From Octopus sinensis (Eukaryota): a stretch of 64,000 bases of DNA. The notes beneath the pieces were generated by a model. The model was not told the origin of the DNA. It worked only from the letters and a program-made list of their open reading frames with translations, and did not search any database. A program made the translations under genes and the position numbers. Below are positions 11,268-23,422 of this stretch, piece after piece. Each line of letters opens with the position of its first letter. Within the stretch, counting starts at the first letter, position 1. Where the stretch lies: the NCBI RefSeq assembly GCF_006345805.1, contig NC_042998.1:80352001-80416000 (forward strand), given 5' to 3'.

Positions 11268-11590
11268 CATCATCATCATCGTTTAACGTCCGCTTTCCAT
11301 GCTAGCATGGGTTGGACAGTTCAACTGGGGTCTGGGAAGCCAGAAGGCTGCACCAGGCCCAGTCTGATCTGGCAGTGTTTCTACAGCTGGATGCCCTTCC
11401 TAACGCCAACCACTCCGTGAGTGTAGTGGGTGCTTTTTACGTGCCAGACAAGGCTGGCAAACGGCCACGATCGGATGGTGCTTTTTACGTGCCACCAGCA
11501 CGGAGGCCAGTCGGGGCGGGGCTGGCAACAGCCACGTTCAGATGGTTCTCTTACGTGCCACCGGCACTGGTATCACAGCTACAATTTCCA
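11268..11590 (-). mobile_element. Short 3'-end fragment of the same RTE family
   Basis: catcatcatcgtttaacgtccgctttccatgctagcatgggttgga...ctacagctggatgcccttcctaacgccaacc matches 8820-9010. Confidence 0.9.
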
Positions 11591-12952
11591 TTTATGTTGA
11601 TTACAAAAGTATATGTGTGAACCAGATTTTTAGTTTCTTCAACAATATAGGTACAGGTATGGCTGTGTGGTGAAGAAGGCTTGCTTTGCAATCACATGGT
11701 TTCATGTTCAGTGTCTTCTACTATAGCCCCCAACCCAACCAAAGCCTTGTAAGTGAATCTGTGTGTGTGTTTGTATGTATCTTTGTGTTTATGTTTGTCT
11801 TCTCCCAGCATTGTTTATTAACTTGTTTTGGTTTGTTTACATACCCATAACTTAGCAGTTCAGCAAAAGAGACCAACAGAATAAGTACCAGGGTTGATTT
11901 GTTCAATTAAACCCTTCAAGGTAGCATCCAAGCATGGTCACAGTCCAATGACTGAGACGACTAATAGAATATTTATAATCTAACACATGTCTGAAAGATA
12001 CATAGACACAGTCAGGTTTCCACACATCTAACAACTTCCACTCCTAAGACATTTGTTGGCATAAAGGTATAGTAGAAGACACTTGCCTAAGGTGTTGTGC
12101 AGTTCAATCAAACTGAAGACCACTTGGTTGTGAAGATGAATTTCTTAAACAGTTCATTGTCAATGCATTTCAGTGTCCAATAATAACTTATCCTTTCACA
12201 TGTGAGGGGATTTTTTTTCCCTATTCTCTAACTAAACCATGAAATAATTCTGTCTTCCACCAGCAAGTGGGTTTTCTATCTTTTTCTAACCTGTTCTATC
12301 ACTACAACTCATCTATCAAGATAACAAAACGATGTTCATTGTTGATGTCAACATCATTATTATCATTTTATATCCACTTTTCCTTTCTAGCATGGGTTGG
12401 ATGGGTCATCACTGTCTGAGTCTCTTCTTATTCAAAGTTATTGCCCTTCCTAGTTGGGTATGAATAATGTAGCAACAAGAAGAGCAACCAGCCATTAAAA
12501 AACACACCAAAAAAAGATGACATGAAACAACAAGGACTGGTGGGTTTTTTGGGTTTTTTTTAAATATTTATCTTGATGATAAAAGGGTCACAATAAATGG
12601 TGTGACTCTGCAATAGAATAGATCATCCAACCCATACCAGAAAAACAGATGTACAACAATGATGATGATGATAATGATAGTCCAATGAAGGCGAAGCAGG
12701 CCAAATCTTCAAAGTCACTGTCAATACTATTCTTGTTTATGAATAATTGCATTTCTGACAGTCAGTGGGCGGACAGCTGATTAGTACTTAAATCATGAAG
12801 TGACATATAATATTCAACAGAAAGCAGACTCATATTATTGTTGAAGTCACTTCCTCAATACTAAGGAATTCTCTTGTGAAATACCTTTTAAACAACACTT
12901 AGTAAATAGTAAGTCTTTTATATAAAAATGTAGATTTGATAGAACTCTAAAT

Positions 12953-13336
12953 TGTTGGCACTCTGTCGGTTACGACAACAAGGATTCCAGCTGATCTGAT
13001 CAACGGAACAGCCTGCTCGTGAAATTAATGTGCAAGTGGTTGAGCACTCCACAGACACGCGTACCCTTAACGTTGTTCTCGGGGAGATTCAGCATGGCAC
13101 AGAGTGTGACAAGGCTGGCCCTTTGAAATACAGATACAACAGAAACAGAAAGAAAGAATGAGAGAAAGTTGTGGTGAAAGAGTACAGCAGGGTTCGCTAC
13201 CACCCCCTGCCGGAGCCTCGTGAAGCTTTAGGTATTTTCGCTCAATAAACACTCACAACGCCCAGTCTGGGAATCGAAACCGCGATCCTACAATCGTGAG
13301 TCCGCTGTCCGTATCACTGGGCCATTGCACCTCCAC
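12953..13336 (-). mobile_element. tRNA-derived SINE with 14-bp TSD (same head as 6832, different body)
   Basis: Minus-strand head TGGAGGTGCAATGGCCCAGTG...GGTTTCGATTCCCAGAC. TSD atagaactctaaat at 12939-12952 and 13337-13350. Confidence 0.9.
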
Positions 13337-14896
13337 ATAGAACTCTAAATATTCACAGGATATTTACATAACTTCAAACAATATTCCGAAGATTTTCAGT
13401 TATTATAGTAGTATTAACAGTATATCCAACCTGTAGGAAGAATAAAGTCTTGCAGAATAGAAGTCATGCCATAACCTTGAAGTCAGTGAGAAAATAGATT
13501 TGTGTCATAACAAGATTTTCAAGAACATAGTACTTCTATAATGCAGGGGATGCTTGCATCTCCTTGTTGTGGTTTATTCCCCCAGGTCAACTCTGATCAA
13601 ATAGATACAATGTATTAATATATAAAAAATATATTATATGATGTGTCCATCCATCTTCAATTCAGTAGGTTGTGACACAAGGGATACTTGGTTGCTATTT
13701 CTAGCAACTTCAGTGATTACATAGGATTTTTCCCCCTCCCTGAGGTCATATAATAAATATTTCTAACAAGAAAATCTGTACACTCAGGATATGCTAGATA
13801 TATTGAAGTCATAAAATACTTGTGTTGCATTTATTTAATAAGAGATTTGATCAGAGTTTGCCTTGACACTGAAACAACTGTAGCAGTGTCATTACTGTCA
13901 TTAAATGCACACACACACATTGTTGTATTCACTTTTTTTAATTAGTATTTTGTAAAAGATTTTATATACTATTAAGTATCTAAATATTTTGAAGATTTAT
14001 GACCAGGTCACTGACATTCACAACTTAGTCTTAAATTTAATTACCTATTTGCAATTTATTATAAAACCCTGCAATCATCTAGTCTTAAATTAGCTATTTT
14101 TTGTTTATTACAATAACCTCTAATCACCATAATCATCACCAATATCATTTTAGCTTTACATATCTTTTTCCCATACTTGCATGGGTTGTAGGAATTATCT
14201 TATCAAATCAGTTCCTATTTAGAGTTACTGCCTTCCTAAATGAGTTGGAGACTCATCTTGCTCAGAGGTTCAGTTTTGGCATGGTTTCTACAAGTGACAA
14301 GACTGAAACATCTGAGTGAAATACACTTTTCTGATTCATTTAGGACGATGGTGACGACACCACTGCTGCTACCACCGCCACCATCATCATCAACACCTGG
14401 GCATGGCTGTCTCAAGTTCTAGGTCTCATAGGGCCAGCTACCTGGTTTCTGTGGTGTACAAGTGACCAAAATCATAACATTCCCTCTGAATGCAATGCCA
14501 ATTCATCACAGGGTTACTCGTTTACAGACAAGTGGATTGGAGTAATGTGAAATGAAGTTTTTTTTAAATGAAGAACACGATGCTTCACCTGGTCCTGGAA
14601 TCAAAACCATGATCTTGTGATTGTGAGTGCAACATCCTAACAACCAAGCCAGGCACCTTTACAACAGTGAATAAAAATGGACTTAAATGAGACAACCCAT
14701 CTAACCCATGGCAGCAGGGAAAGAAAGGCTGATGAAAATGATGATGGTTATAGGTCTTTTGTAACTTATTACAAAGAGGTAATTTAAGATTAAGCTGTAC
14801 GTGTCAAAAACCATCTCATAAATTACAAATATTTGTAATATATCTTATATACACATACATAAAAGGTAATTGTTGTTTTAAGCTGTTACTGCCTAC

Positions 14897-14925
14897 CTTA
14901 GTGGCTTCAGCAACCGATGTGGATA
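14897..14925 (-). CDS. Candidate 29-nt microexon of the PAWR-like gene ((x)TA-STSVAEATK if entered in phase 1)
   Basis: Acceptor ctgtttctcttttgcatag| and donor AAG|gtaggc, in unique sequence. In frame only after a phase-1 donor. Confidence 0.5.
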
Positions 14926-15706
14926 CTATGCAAAAGAGAAACAGTTAATTAGCAGCACATAACCAGTGTTGCTTGGTTCTTATTTTAGTACTATTATGCT
15001 TAGAATTTTTCAAACTAGTTAAACATCTGTTCTAAAACCATTCTGCATTTTCTATACTATTAATACACTCTGTATAGACAGTCATTTAAATATATGGCAT
15101 TATTTTGTGAAACACTGTTTAGTTTTACATTACTATAATGTTTACTATATCATCATATTTCAGTTACTGAAGCATACTATTGCTAATCATTTAGAATAGA
15201 CACATAGACAGAGATGTGTGGTTTGGAAGTTTGCTTTTCAGTCATATAGTTTCAGGCTCAGTTCCATTTTGTGGCAACATAGGCAAGTGTCTTATTCTTC
15301 AAGCTGGCCAAAGCTTTGAGTGGACTTGATAAACAGAAACTGAAAGACACTGGTCATATATATGTGTATGTATATGTGTGTGGTTGTACCTCTTTGTCTG
15401 ACATTGTGTAATAGTTATGAATAAATATCACCATCAAACAAGCAGTGTCATTCATTTCCAATCTTCCATAGAAACATGTCTGGTTATGGGGAAATGTTAC
15501 TTCGTTGGAAGTAAATAAAGGTGAGCAACAGAAAGGGAATTAACCACTGAAAAACATCTGCTTCAATGACTTCTGTCTGATCCATGTAAACCTGGAAAGG
15601 TGGACGTTAAAGTCATGGCAGCAGCAATAGATTGGTGATGACAATGACAACACAGAGAATCAAACAAACAAAATATAATTTTTATTAAAAGAAAAAAAAA
15701 TCATAC

Positions 15707-16244
15707 CTTATCTAATGAACATTCTTCTTGTGATTGTTGCTGTTGGGAACCTTGGCACCAGTTTTCTTTGTATGATTTCACATTGTAGTTTGGATTTTCT
15801 TTCAGAGATGGCAGATGGCTTTGGTTATAAGTAGACTGTGACTGCCAACTGTCCTGCACTTGGGAGGACTGACTTGAAACTGGATGCTGGTACTCACTAT
15901 CTGGACAATGATGCAGGTCTCTTTTTTTTATCTGGGACTGTAATGTAGGCTCACGGGGAATCTTGCCAGATTCAATCTCTTTGTAGCGGGACATCACAGA
16001 AGAAGAGGATGAAGAAGAGTTGGAGCAAGTAGGAGTTTTAGATTCTTGGTCACTCCCCAATACTCGGAAACTAGAACTGGGTGGAGAGTAAGGACTTCGG
16101 GAACTTCTGTAGGGCTTGTAACTTGTCTTAGCACCTGATGATGCTGGCTCTGATTGACCAATCAGAGTTAGGTTAGTTTCTGATTGGCTAACTGCACTAT
16201 CATAATCTTGATTATCTTCCAAGTCAGCATCGAGATCAGATGGG
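15707..16244 (-). CDS. PAWR: PAWR-like coding exon C (538 nt, phase 2->0), Ser/Gln-rich low-complexity: PSDLDADLEDNQDYDSAVSQSETNLTLIG...QEECSLDK
   Basis: Lies within ORF 15701..16282. Acceptor tttttttcttgtag|C, donor AAG|gtatga. The sequence is non-repetitive and open throughout, and phases match both neighbouring exons. Internal alternative donors are possible (see findings). Confidence 0.85.
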
Positions 16245-16955
16245 CTACAAGAAAAAAAAATAAAGAAATCAAATTGACACATTAATTAATTCTCAAATTA
16301 TGATTTATTTAGGTTCAATCTCACTGCATGGTAACTTAGGCAAGTGACTTCTACTGTAACTCCAAGTCAACATAATCTCATCAGTGGATTTGGTAGACAG
16401 AAGCTGAAACAAGCTAGTTTTATATACAGCGCAAATTTGTGTTTCATCTTGACGTTACTGTCACGCTCATAAAAAAAAATCGAGTATTTCCAGTCTTCAG
16501 AGAAAACATATACAGTCATGGGGAAATATTACCTTACTTGGAAACAGGTAAGGGTTGGCAACTGGAAGGGCATCCAACCACAGAAGATCTGCCTCAATGA
16601 ATTCCATTAGACTCATTCAAGCATGGAAAAGTGATGTGTAATCAATGGTGGTGATAATTGACATGTTGATCAATTTCCCTTTTTTTTTTAATTCTTTAAT
16701 AGTTTTTCCATTGATATTTTATAATTCTTGATAAGTGATAATCAAACTGTACTTTTATATTCAGTGCACTTTATAGCAGATAAAAAATATTTGGGGATAA
16801 TTTGGCATAAAATAAAGGAAAAAAATTGCATTACAAGATGTATTTACATGTTTTAGCCTATGAATATAAATGATTTAACCTAAACTTGTTTATTACTTTA
16901 GTAAATAAACAAACCATAAGAATTCAGTTTGCATTTTCTCCATCTTTTCAATATA

Positions 16956-18474
16956 TAAAGGTCGATTGAAAAGTTTATAGGCTGACCAAGATACTCTCAT
17001 AGAATATGACGAAATGAAGTTTATTTTTCAACATAGTCCCCGCAACCCTGTGCTCCACACACTTCTTCCATTGGTGTTGCAGTGCTTGGATCCCATTGGT
17101 GAAGAGGTTTTCATGTTGTTAGTCAAAAAAAGTCATCAACAACAAATATGATGTCATTATCACTACAATAACGGTTCCCAGCCAAGCGTTTTTTCATGTC
17201 AAAAAACAGATGATAGTCAGATGGGGTCAAATCAGGAGAATAGGGAGGGCAATCAACCTATTCAAAGCTACAGTCATGCACAGCAGCCATTGAAACCAAG
17301 AGCCTTTGTGCTGGAGCGTTGTCCTAATGAAACGACCCCTTTCATCAGTTTCCCTGGGCATCTGGTCTTGAAAGCTTTTCATAACTGCCACAGCAACTTG
17401 GCACAATACTCTCCTTCGATGGCATGGCCCCTTTGAAGATAATAAACACAAAGCCTCTTGCATTCCAAACAACTGAGTCCATTACCTTCCCTGTAGATGA
17501 AGTGACCTTGACCTTTGGAGCAGGTGAGGAGAGCTGTTTCTACTGCATCCATGGTCTTTTTGATTTTGCTCAAGGTGATGAACCCAACACTTATCCTGTG
17601 TTAGGATACATTCAAGGAAACCAGCTGGATCTGCCTCAAACAATTTCAGACATTCCTGTGATATAATCAGGCTGGAGCACTTTTAATCAAATGTCAGAAG
17701 ATGTAGCACCCGAAGCCTTTGTCATGCCAAGTTCATTGTGCAGAATATTCTCAACTCACTCACGGTATATACTAATAGCATTGGCTACTTGATCAGTTGC
17801 CTGTCATCCATCACCATGTGGTGAACATGATCAATGTTTTCCTCAGTGGTAGCAGTTGCAGGATGTCCACACCTTGGGTAATCTTCAAAACTCTCCTTTA
17901 CCCTCCAAAATTCAGCTGCCCACTTTAGCACTGTTGATAAAACTGGAGCATAATCCCCTAATGTAGCAACCTATTTCTTTATTACCCACAAGGGGCTAAA
18001 CACAGAGGGGACAAACAAGGACAGACATAGGTATTAAGTCGATTACATCGACCCCAGTGTGTAACTGGTACTTAATTTATCGACCCCGTAAGGATGAAAG
18101 GCAAAGTTGACCTTGGCGTAATTTGAACTCACAACGTAACGCAGACGAAATACTGCTAAGCATTTCGCCCGGTGTGCTAACGTTTCTGCCAGCTCGCCGC
18201 CTAATGTAGCAACCGTGTCAGTATGAATGTCTTAAGGGGCTAAACTATTTTTCTACAGGTACTTGATAACACCATGATGCCAAATTGTGTCCGTTTTCAA
18301 GATGAGTTGCTGCTAGATACTTTTGAAGTCTTCTTTGAACAGTCAGATGTCAGTTTACCTGGAGAGTAACAATGCAATTATTAATAAGATGAGTTGAAAT
18401 TCATGCATGCAAGATTTAACAGCTCCAGAATCACTCCTTCAAAGTCAGCCTATGAACTTTTCAGCCCACCCTCA
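16956..18474 (-). mobile_element. Decayed mariner (Tc1/mariner) DNA transposon interrupted by a SINE
   Basis: Imperfect ~31-bp TIRs (taaaggtcgattgaaaagtttataggctgac / gtcagcctatgaacttttcagcccaccctca) flanked by TA. The minus strand encodes the mariner motif PPYSPDLTPSDYHLF at ~17205-17249. Many stops and frameshifts. Confidence 0.9.
17972..18201 (-). mobile_element. Near-intact MetaSINE-like SINE inserted into the mariner, 13-bp TSD
   Basis: 5' GGCGGCGAGCTGGCAGAAACG, B-box-like GAGTTCAAAT, core GCCTTTCATCCTT.CGGGGTCGATAAATTAAGTACCAG. TSD taatgtagcaacc at 17959-17971 and 18202-18214. Confidence 0.9.
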
Positions 18475-21400
18475 TAATTTCATTATTTTTGCAGTGCACC
18501 AAGATACATTTCACGGCATATCAATGAGCTGTAGAGCATCCAGCTATAGATATAGATACCATGCCAAAGTAGACAGTGGAGTATAATGCAATCCTTGGAC
18601 CTTTCGGATCCTATCAAACCACCCAATTCATGCTAGTATAGAACAGAATGTTAAATGATGATGTAATAGATTGAAGTTGCAGCAGTGCATTGCTTTCCAT
18701 CAGCTGAAATCTTAGTGATTTCAAGGGAGCCTAGAGGTCTTTTCAATACAACGCTACTGCCTGACAAGTTACAATGGTGATGAGGACAAGGAGTTTGCTT
18801 GTTTGACAAAAAGTTGTATGTGTGGTCCCTTTTCTTCTCATCACTATTGTGCTAGAATGATAAGGGCACTGGCATGGGTCAAGTATTTGTATCCAGTCTT
18901 TAATAATATGTTGTTTCTGTGACAAAACATTTAACTGTGGATGGCCCAGTCCATTTAGTTAACAAGAGAAATGTAGTTTATACTACAGGAAGCTGGATCA
19001 CTGTATTGGTGCTTTGTTAGCTTGTTTCTTTTTGCCATCAAATCCTTTTATGGGAAAAAGAAACCCACATCCTAGGGGTAGTGAAAGTGAACTCTCAACC
19101 ATTTAATACTTTAAAAAAGGGCTAGAAAAAGCCAACTGCAAGGAATGATTCTAATACACAGATGACCTATACAAAAATTAGTGGTAAAAGATTCACCTAA
19201 AATTAGATTCAATGAAGAGTTAGTTACCACCAAATAACCCAGATCCATCAATACTTCAGATATTTCCCTCAATTTATGCATACTGATTGGATGAGGTCAC
19301 TTAATATAAAATCAAAAATAAGGACAAGTTCTATGTATACTCCTAAAACTCTTCTGATTTTTCTTTACACACAACATTTTTCAGTAGTTACATTCAAATT
19401 AAAATCTTCCATGACAATTTTAAGTCAGAATCCAGTGTTAAGTTCTAAACACCAGATTAATATTGATTAATTTCAATATTAGTTAAAACACATAAGTAGT
19501 GTATTTCACTGGAAATATTATCACAAAATAGTTAATGGTAGTTGTAAACTTAATTATCTTGCAGCAACATTAGAAACATTGCTAACACCTGGAAATACTG
19601 CAAAACATTTATTGAAAAACACTGCTTTAAATCAATGACTAATATATTCATGTGAGTCATTAATTCGATTTGCATGGCGACAACTGTTATGCCTCATCTT
19701 TAAATTATAACGACCTTCTGACCTAGCTTCCTTCCTGAGCCACTTGTGTCTATCCCATCTTTACCCCTTCTCTCTCCACAATGGTATTTCCCATCAACCA
19801 CACCTCCACCTTTGTTCATTACTAGCTATATTCACCTCTATTCTTATCTCCAACCATCTCTCACTCTCCCTACACAATCTTTTGAACCAAACCCTCTCCT
19901 CAATCTACAGTCGGCATTCTCTTGTGCTCATCATGTACCCTAAAGGATTTGCTCTGGCATCCTACCATCTCTTCTTTCCAGTTACTCCTACCCTTATAAA
20001 ATGTGAGGTAGCCATGTATCTTCACTATCGCAAGAAACCTGTACTTGTCCCTCTCAATCCCTGGTATAAAGTCACCTCTCTTCTCTCAAATACCCTCCCC
20101 CCACTTAGTTGAAGGGGATTTTCTTCCTCATTTTTCTTTCTTGTCTTGCAAGTCAATTGGCAACTTCACTGGTGCTGGGGGCTTGAGAAAAGTAACTGGC
20201 ACAAGCTGTAAAGTGGTTGACATTAGGAAGGGCATCCAACCATAGAAACCATGGCAAAGCTGACACTGGAGCTCAACACAGCCCTGTGGCTTGCCAGAAC
20301 TTGATGGAACTGTCCAACTCATTCCAACACAGAAAACAGATGTTAAATAATGATGATAATGATGACTAACAGATTTAGGGGTTGAAGGATATAGCAAAGG
20401 GGTAATAATCTCACATAAAAAATGTGCTCCTAGTTAAAAAAATGTTTTATTCAGATATACAACTAATATTTCATTTTATAGTATATTAGCTGCCATGATT
20501 TTCATGGCAGGGAAAGTATTAAACTTAAAAAATTCACTGATGCATAATCTCTGTGACCCCTTGTTCAAATAGACTGAACCAACTGTTCCTTCAATTACAC
20601 TGATTCTATTTAGTACCAACTTCCTGTCCAAGATTGTTGGGGGGGGGGGCTTTTAAAATTTATTTTTTTATTTCTTTACCTTTAATATATCAACTGAAAA
20701 ATTTAAGAAAAATGTTAACTACATTACACTCTTTTGATTACCTACATTCTATCCAATTTCTCATTCAAGGGAGTTTCATTGCTTGGAACTAATCTAACAA
20801 GTTCCAATCCTGATCAGTAAAAATTGTTGTTTTTCAATAAACATTTACCTATCTTAGTACTCATATTTGCCTCCATTTAAAACTCAATGGACCCTAACAG
20901 CCTTTATAGCTTTGTTTTGAGAAACTCGGTTATAAAAATATTAAAATGGAATGAGAAATCATTGAAGAATTTCTTTTGGGTGATTTTATATGAAACAAAA
21001 AATATAGACAAACAAAAGAGAAAGATATCATCATCATTTAACATCTGTCTTCCATGCTGGCATGGATTGGACAGAATCCAAGCTGGAAGACTATGTCAAG
21101 CTCCAGCATTGGCTTTAGCATGGTTTCTATAGCTGGATGCCCTACCTAATGCCAACCACTTTAGAGTACACTGGGTGCTTTTTTTCCATGGCACCAGCAT
21201 TTTTAAGGTTACTGAGTAACTTGCAAGACAAGACCCCATCAGCTGAGAGAAAGTGTAGTATTGAGGGAGGTAGCTTTCTGCCAGATGTTAAGAGGTTGAA
21301 CATGTCTTGTTGTAGGGAAGATGCATGGCTGCTTCTGCTGGAAAGGGAGAAAGGATGGTAGTGATGAGATATCAGGGCATATCCTCAAGGTACAAGAAGG

Positions 21401-23422
21401 TGGATATATGAGAGAGCAGAGACAAAGTTATCAAAGATGGGTAGGTTTGCGAGAGTGTGAAAAGAGACTGACAGGTGGTTAGAAATGGTGATAGAAGGCA
21501 GTGAAGGATTAATACAGGTGGAAGTGCAGCCAATGGTGAATCTCAGTTTGTGGGGAGAAGTAAGGTAACAGAAAATAGGAGTGGGTCCAGGAGGAGGAGG
21601 TAATAAGTGGCAGTGCATAAAGGGAGGGGTGGATAGATGAAAAATAGGGAGATGATGTGATGAGTGGGAAAGGGTGAAAGAGGTAATTGGACAGAATCAA
21701 GAGTCAAGAAAATTTGACTTGAAAAAATAATACATTTTAGAGATTCTATCTCACCACACCATATCCATTTATTGAAAAGTACCCATTACATTTCTGCAGT
21801 GGTTGGCATTAGGAAGGCCATCCAGCTGTAGAAACCATGTCAAATCAGATTGGAACCTGGTACAACTCTCTGACTCATCAGCTCCAGTCAAACTGTCTAA
21901 CCCATGCCAGCAAGGAGAATGGATGTTAAATGGTGATGATGATGATGGATATGAATGATAATAGAATATAAGTAATCACTGACTAAAACATTGTCCCTTC
22001 ACTTTTAGTTAAATTCTATTCTTTCGTAAGGAAATCCAAGAAAACATAGATGACTTTTGCATTATAATGGTTAACAAACACCATTACAAACCAAGGTTTA
22101 CAAATTGTCCCTAACCCCTACTGTTATGTAATAGAAATTTATACAAGGTCAAAGAGTCACCAACTGACAGAGTTACACAGAAATCCAAGTAGTATAATAA
22201 TCAGTCAACCACAACAGCATTTTTTTGCTTCGTATATAGGATATACATTATCAAACAATCATAAACTGTTATGACAAACTCACTAGTGCATGAAGTCAAG
22301 CATGTACAGGTGTACATAGACAGTCTAGAGACTGTTTCTTGGGTGTTACATTAGTGTTTTTATTACATTTTTTAAAACTAACTCATCAACATCATCATGA
22401 TGACCACCCTTCAGCTGTTGTCACTGTCATCATCAATTTACTTCTACTTTCCAAACTGGCGTGAGTTGGATGAGTCGTCACAGTCCAAGTTGGGTTTTAT
22501 TCAGAGTGACTACCCTGCTAGACACATCACATTAGATAACTAGGTCACACTTATACATTTCGTTTTGACATTGTTTCTACAGCTGGATGCCCAATTCAAA
22601 AGGTTAATTGTTCTTAGTCTGCTTTACATTTTTTGCACTATTTACATAATTCAATGTCATCTAACCAATAATTTAACATTTTGATATTACTTTATCAAAT
22701 AAAACCAAAGCTCCCTTCACATGAGTGTACTGTAATACCCAACTATAATTTACATCCTGTATAATATAACAGAATTAAAAGAATATTCAATACATGAATT
22801 ATAATGTATAGCAAAAAAAATCCCCCTCAATAACTGAATAATTAAATGTAATCCTAACAAAGAAACAAAATTCCACTAAATAAATATATTAACAGGGCAC
22901 ATAGTGCCTCGATGCGCATGATAGTCCACTAGATTCACTAGATGAATGGATAATACAATTAGATTTTTAGAAATATAATTTTAAGTTTTTTTAAATCAGT
23001 TAAAACCTCCTGTTTGAAATAGTAACTAAACCTCCATCAGGTCACAACTTACTGTCTGGGAAAAAGGAAGAACACATCAGATTATTCAGTCACACCAGAT
23101 ACACTGTGTGAGAAAATAAGATGGTCATGGTTGGAATACTTGATTAGAGCTAAAACCTAAAGACTATAGACTAAAGATCAACTATTTCTGAAAATGGTAT
23201 TTCCCTGAAAACTGACAATTTTTAATATAAAATATTGATGGAAACTTGATGAATATTTCATCTTCTATTATAATTCTATTCACATCCAAGATACATAACA
23301 AAATATAAATCAACTCCAGAATGATAAAAAGCAAAGCTGACCCTGACAGGATTTGAACTCAAAATATAAACTAAATAATGCAAGCCATTTTGAACAAAAG
23401 CTAACATTTTCAGCAGTGAAGT

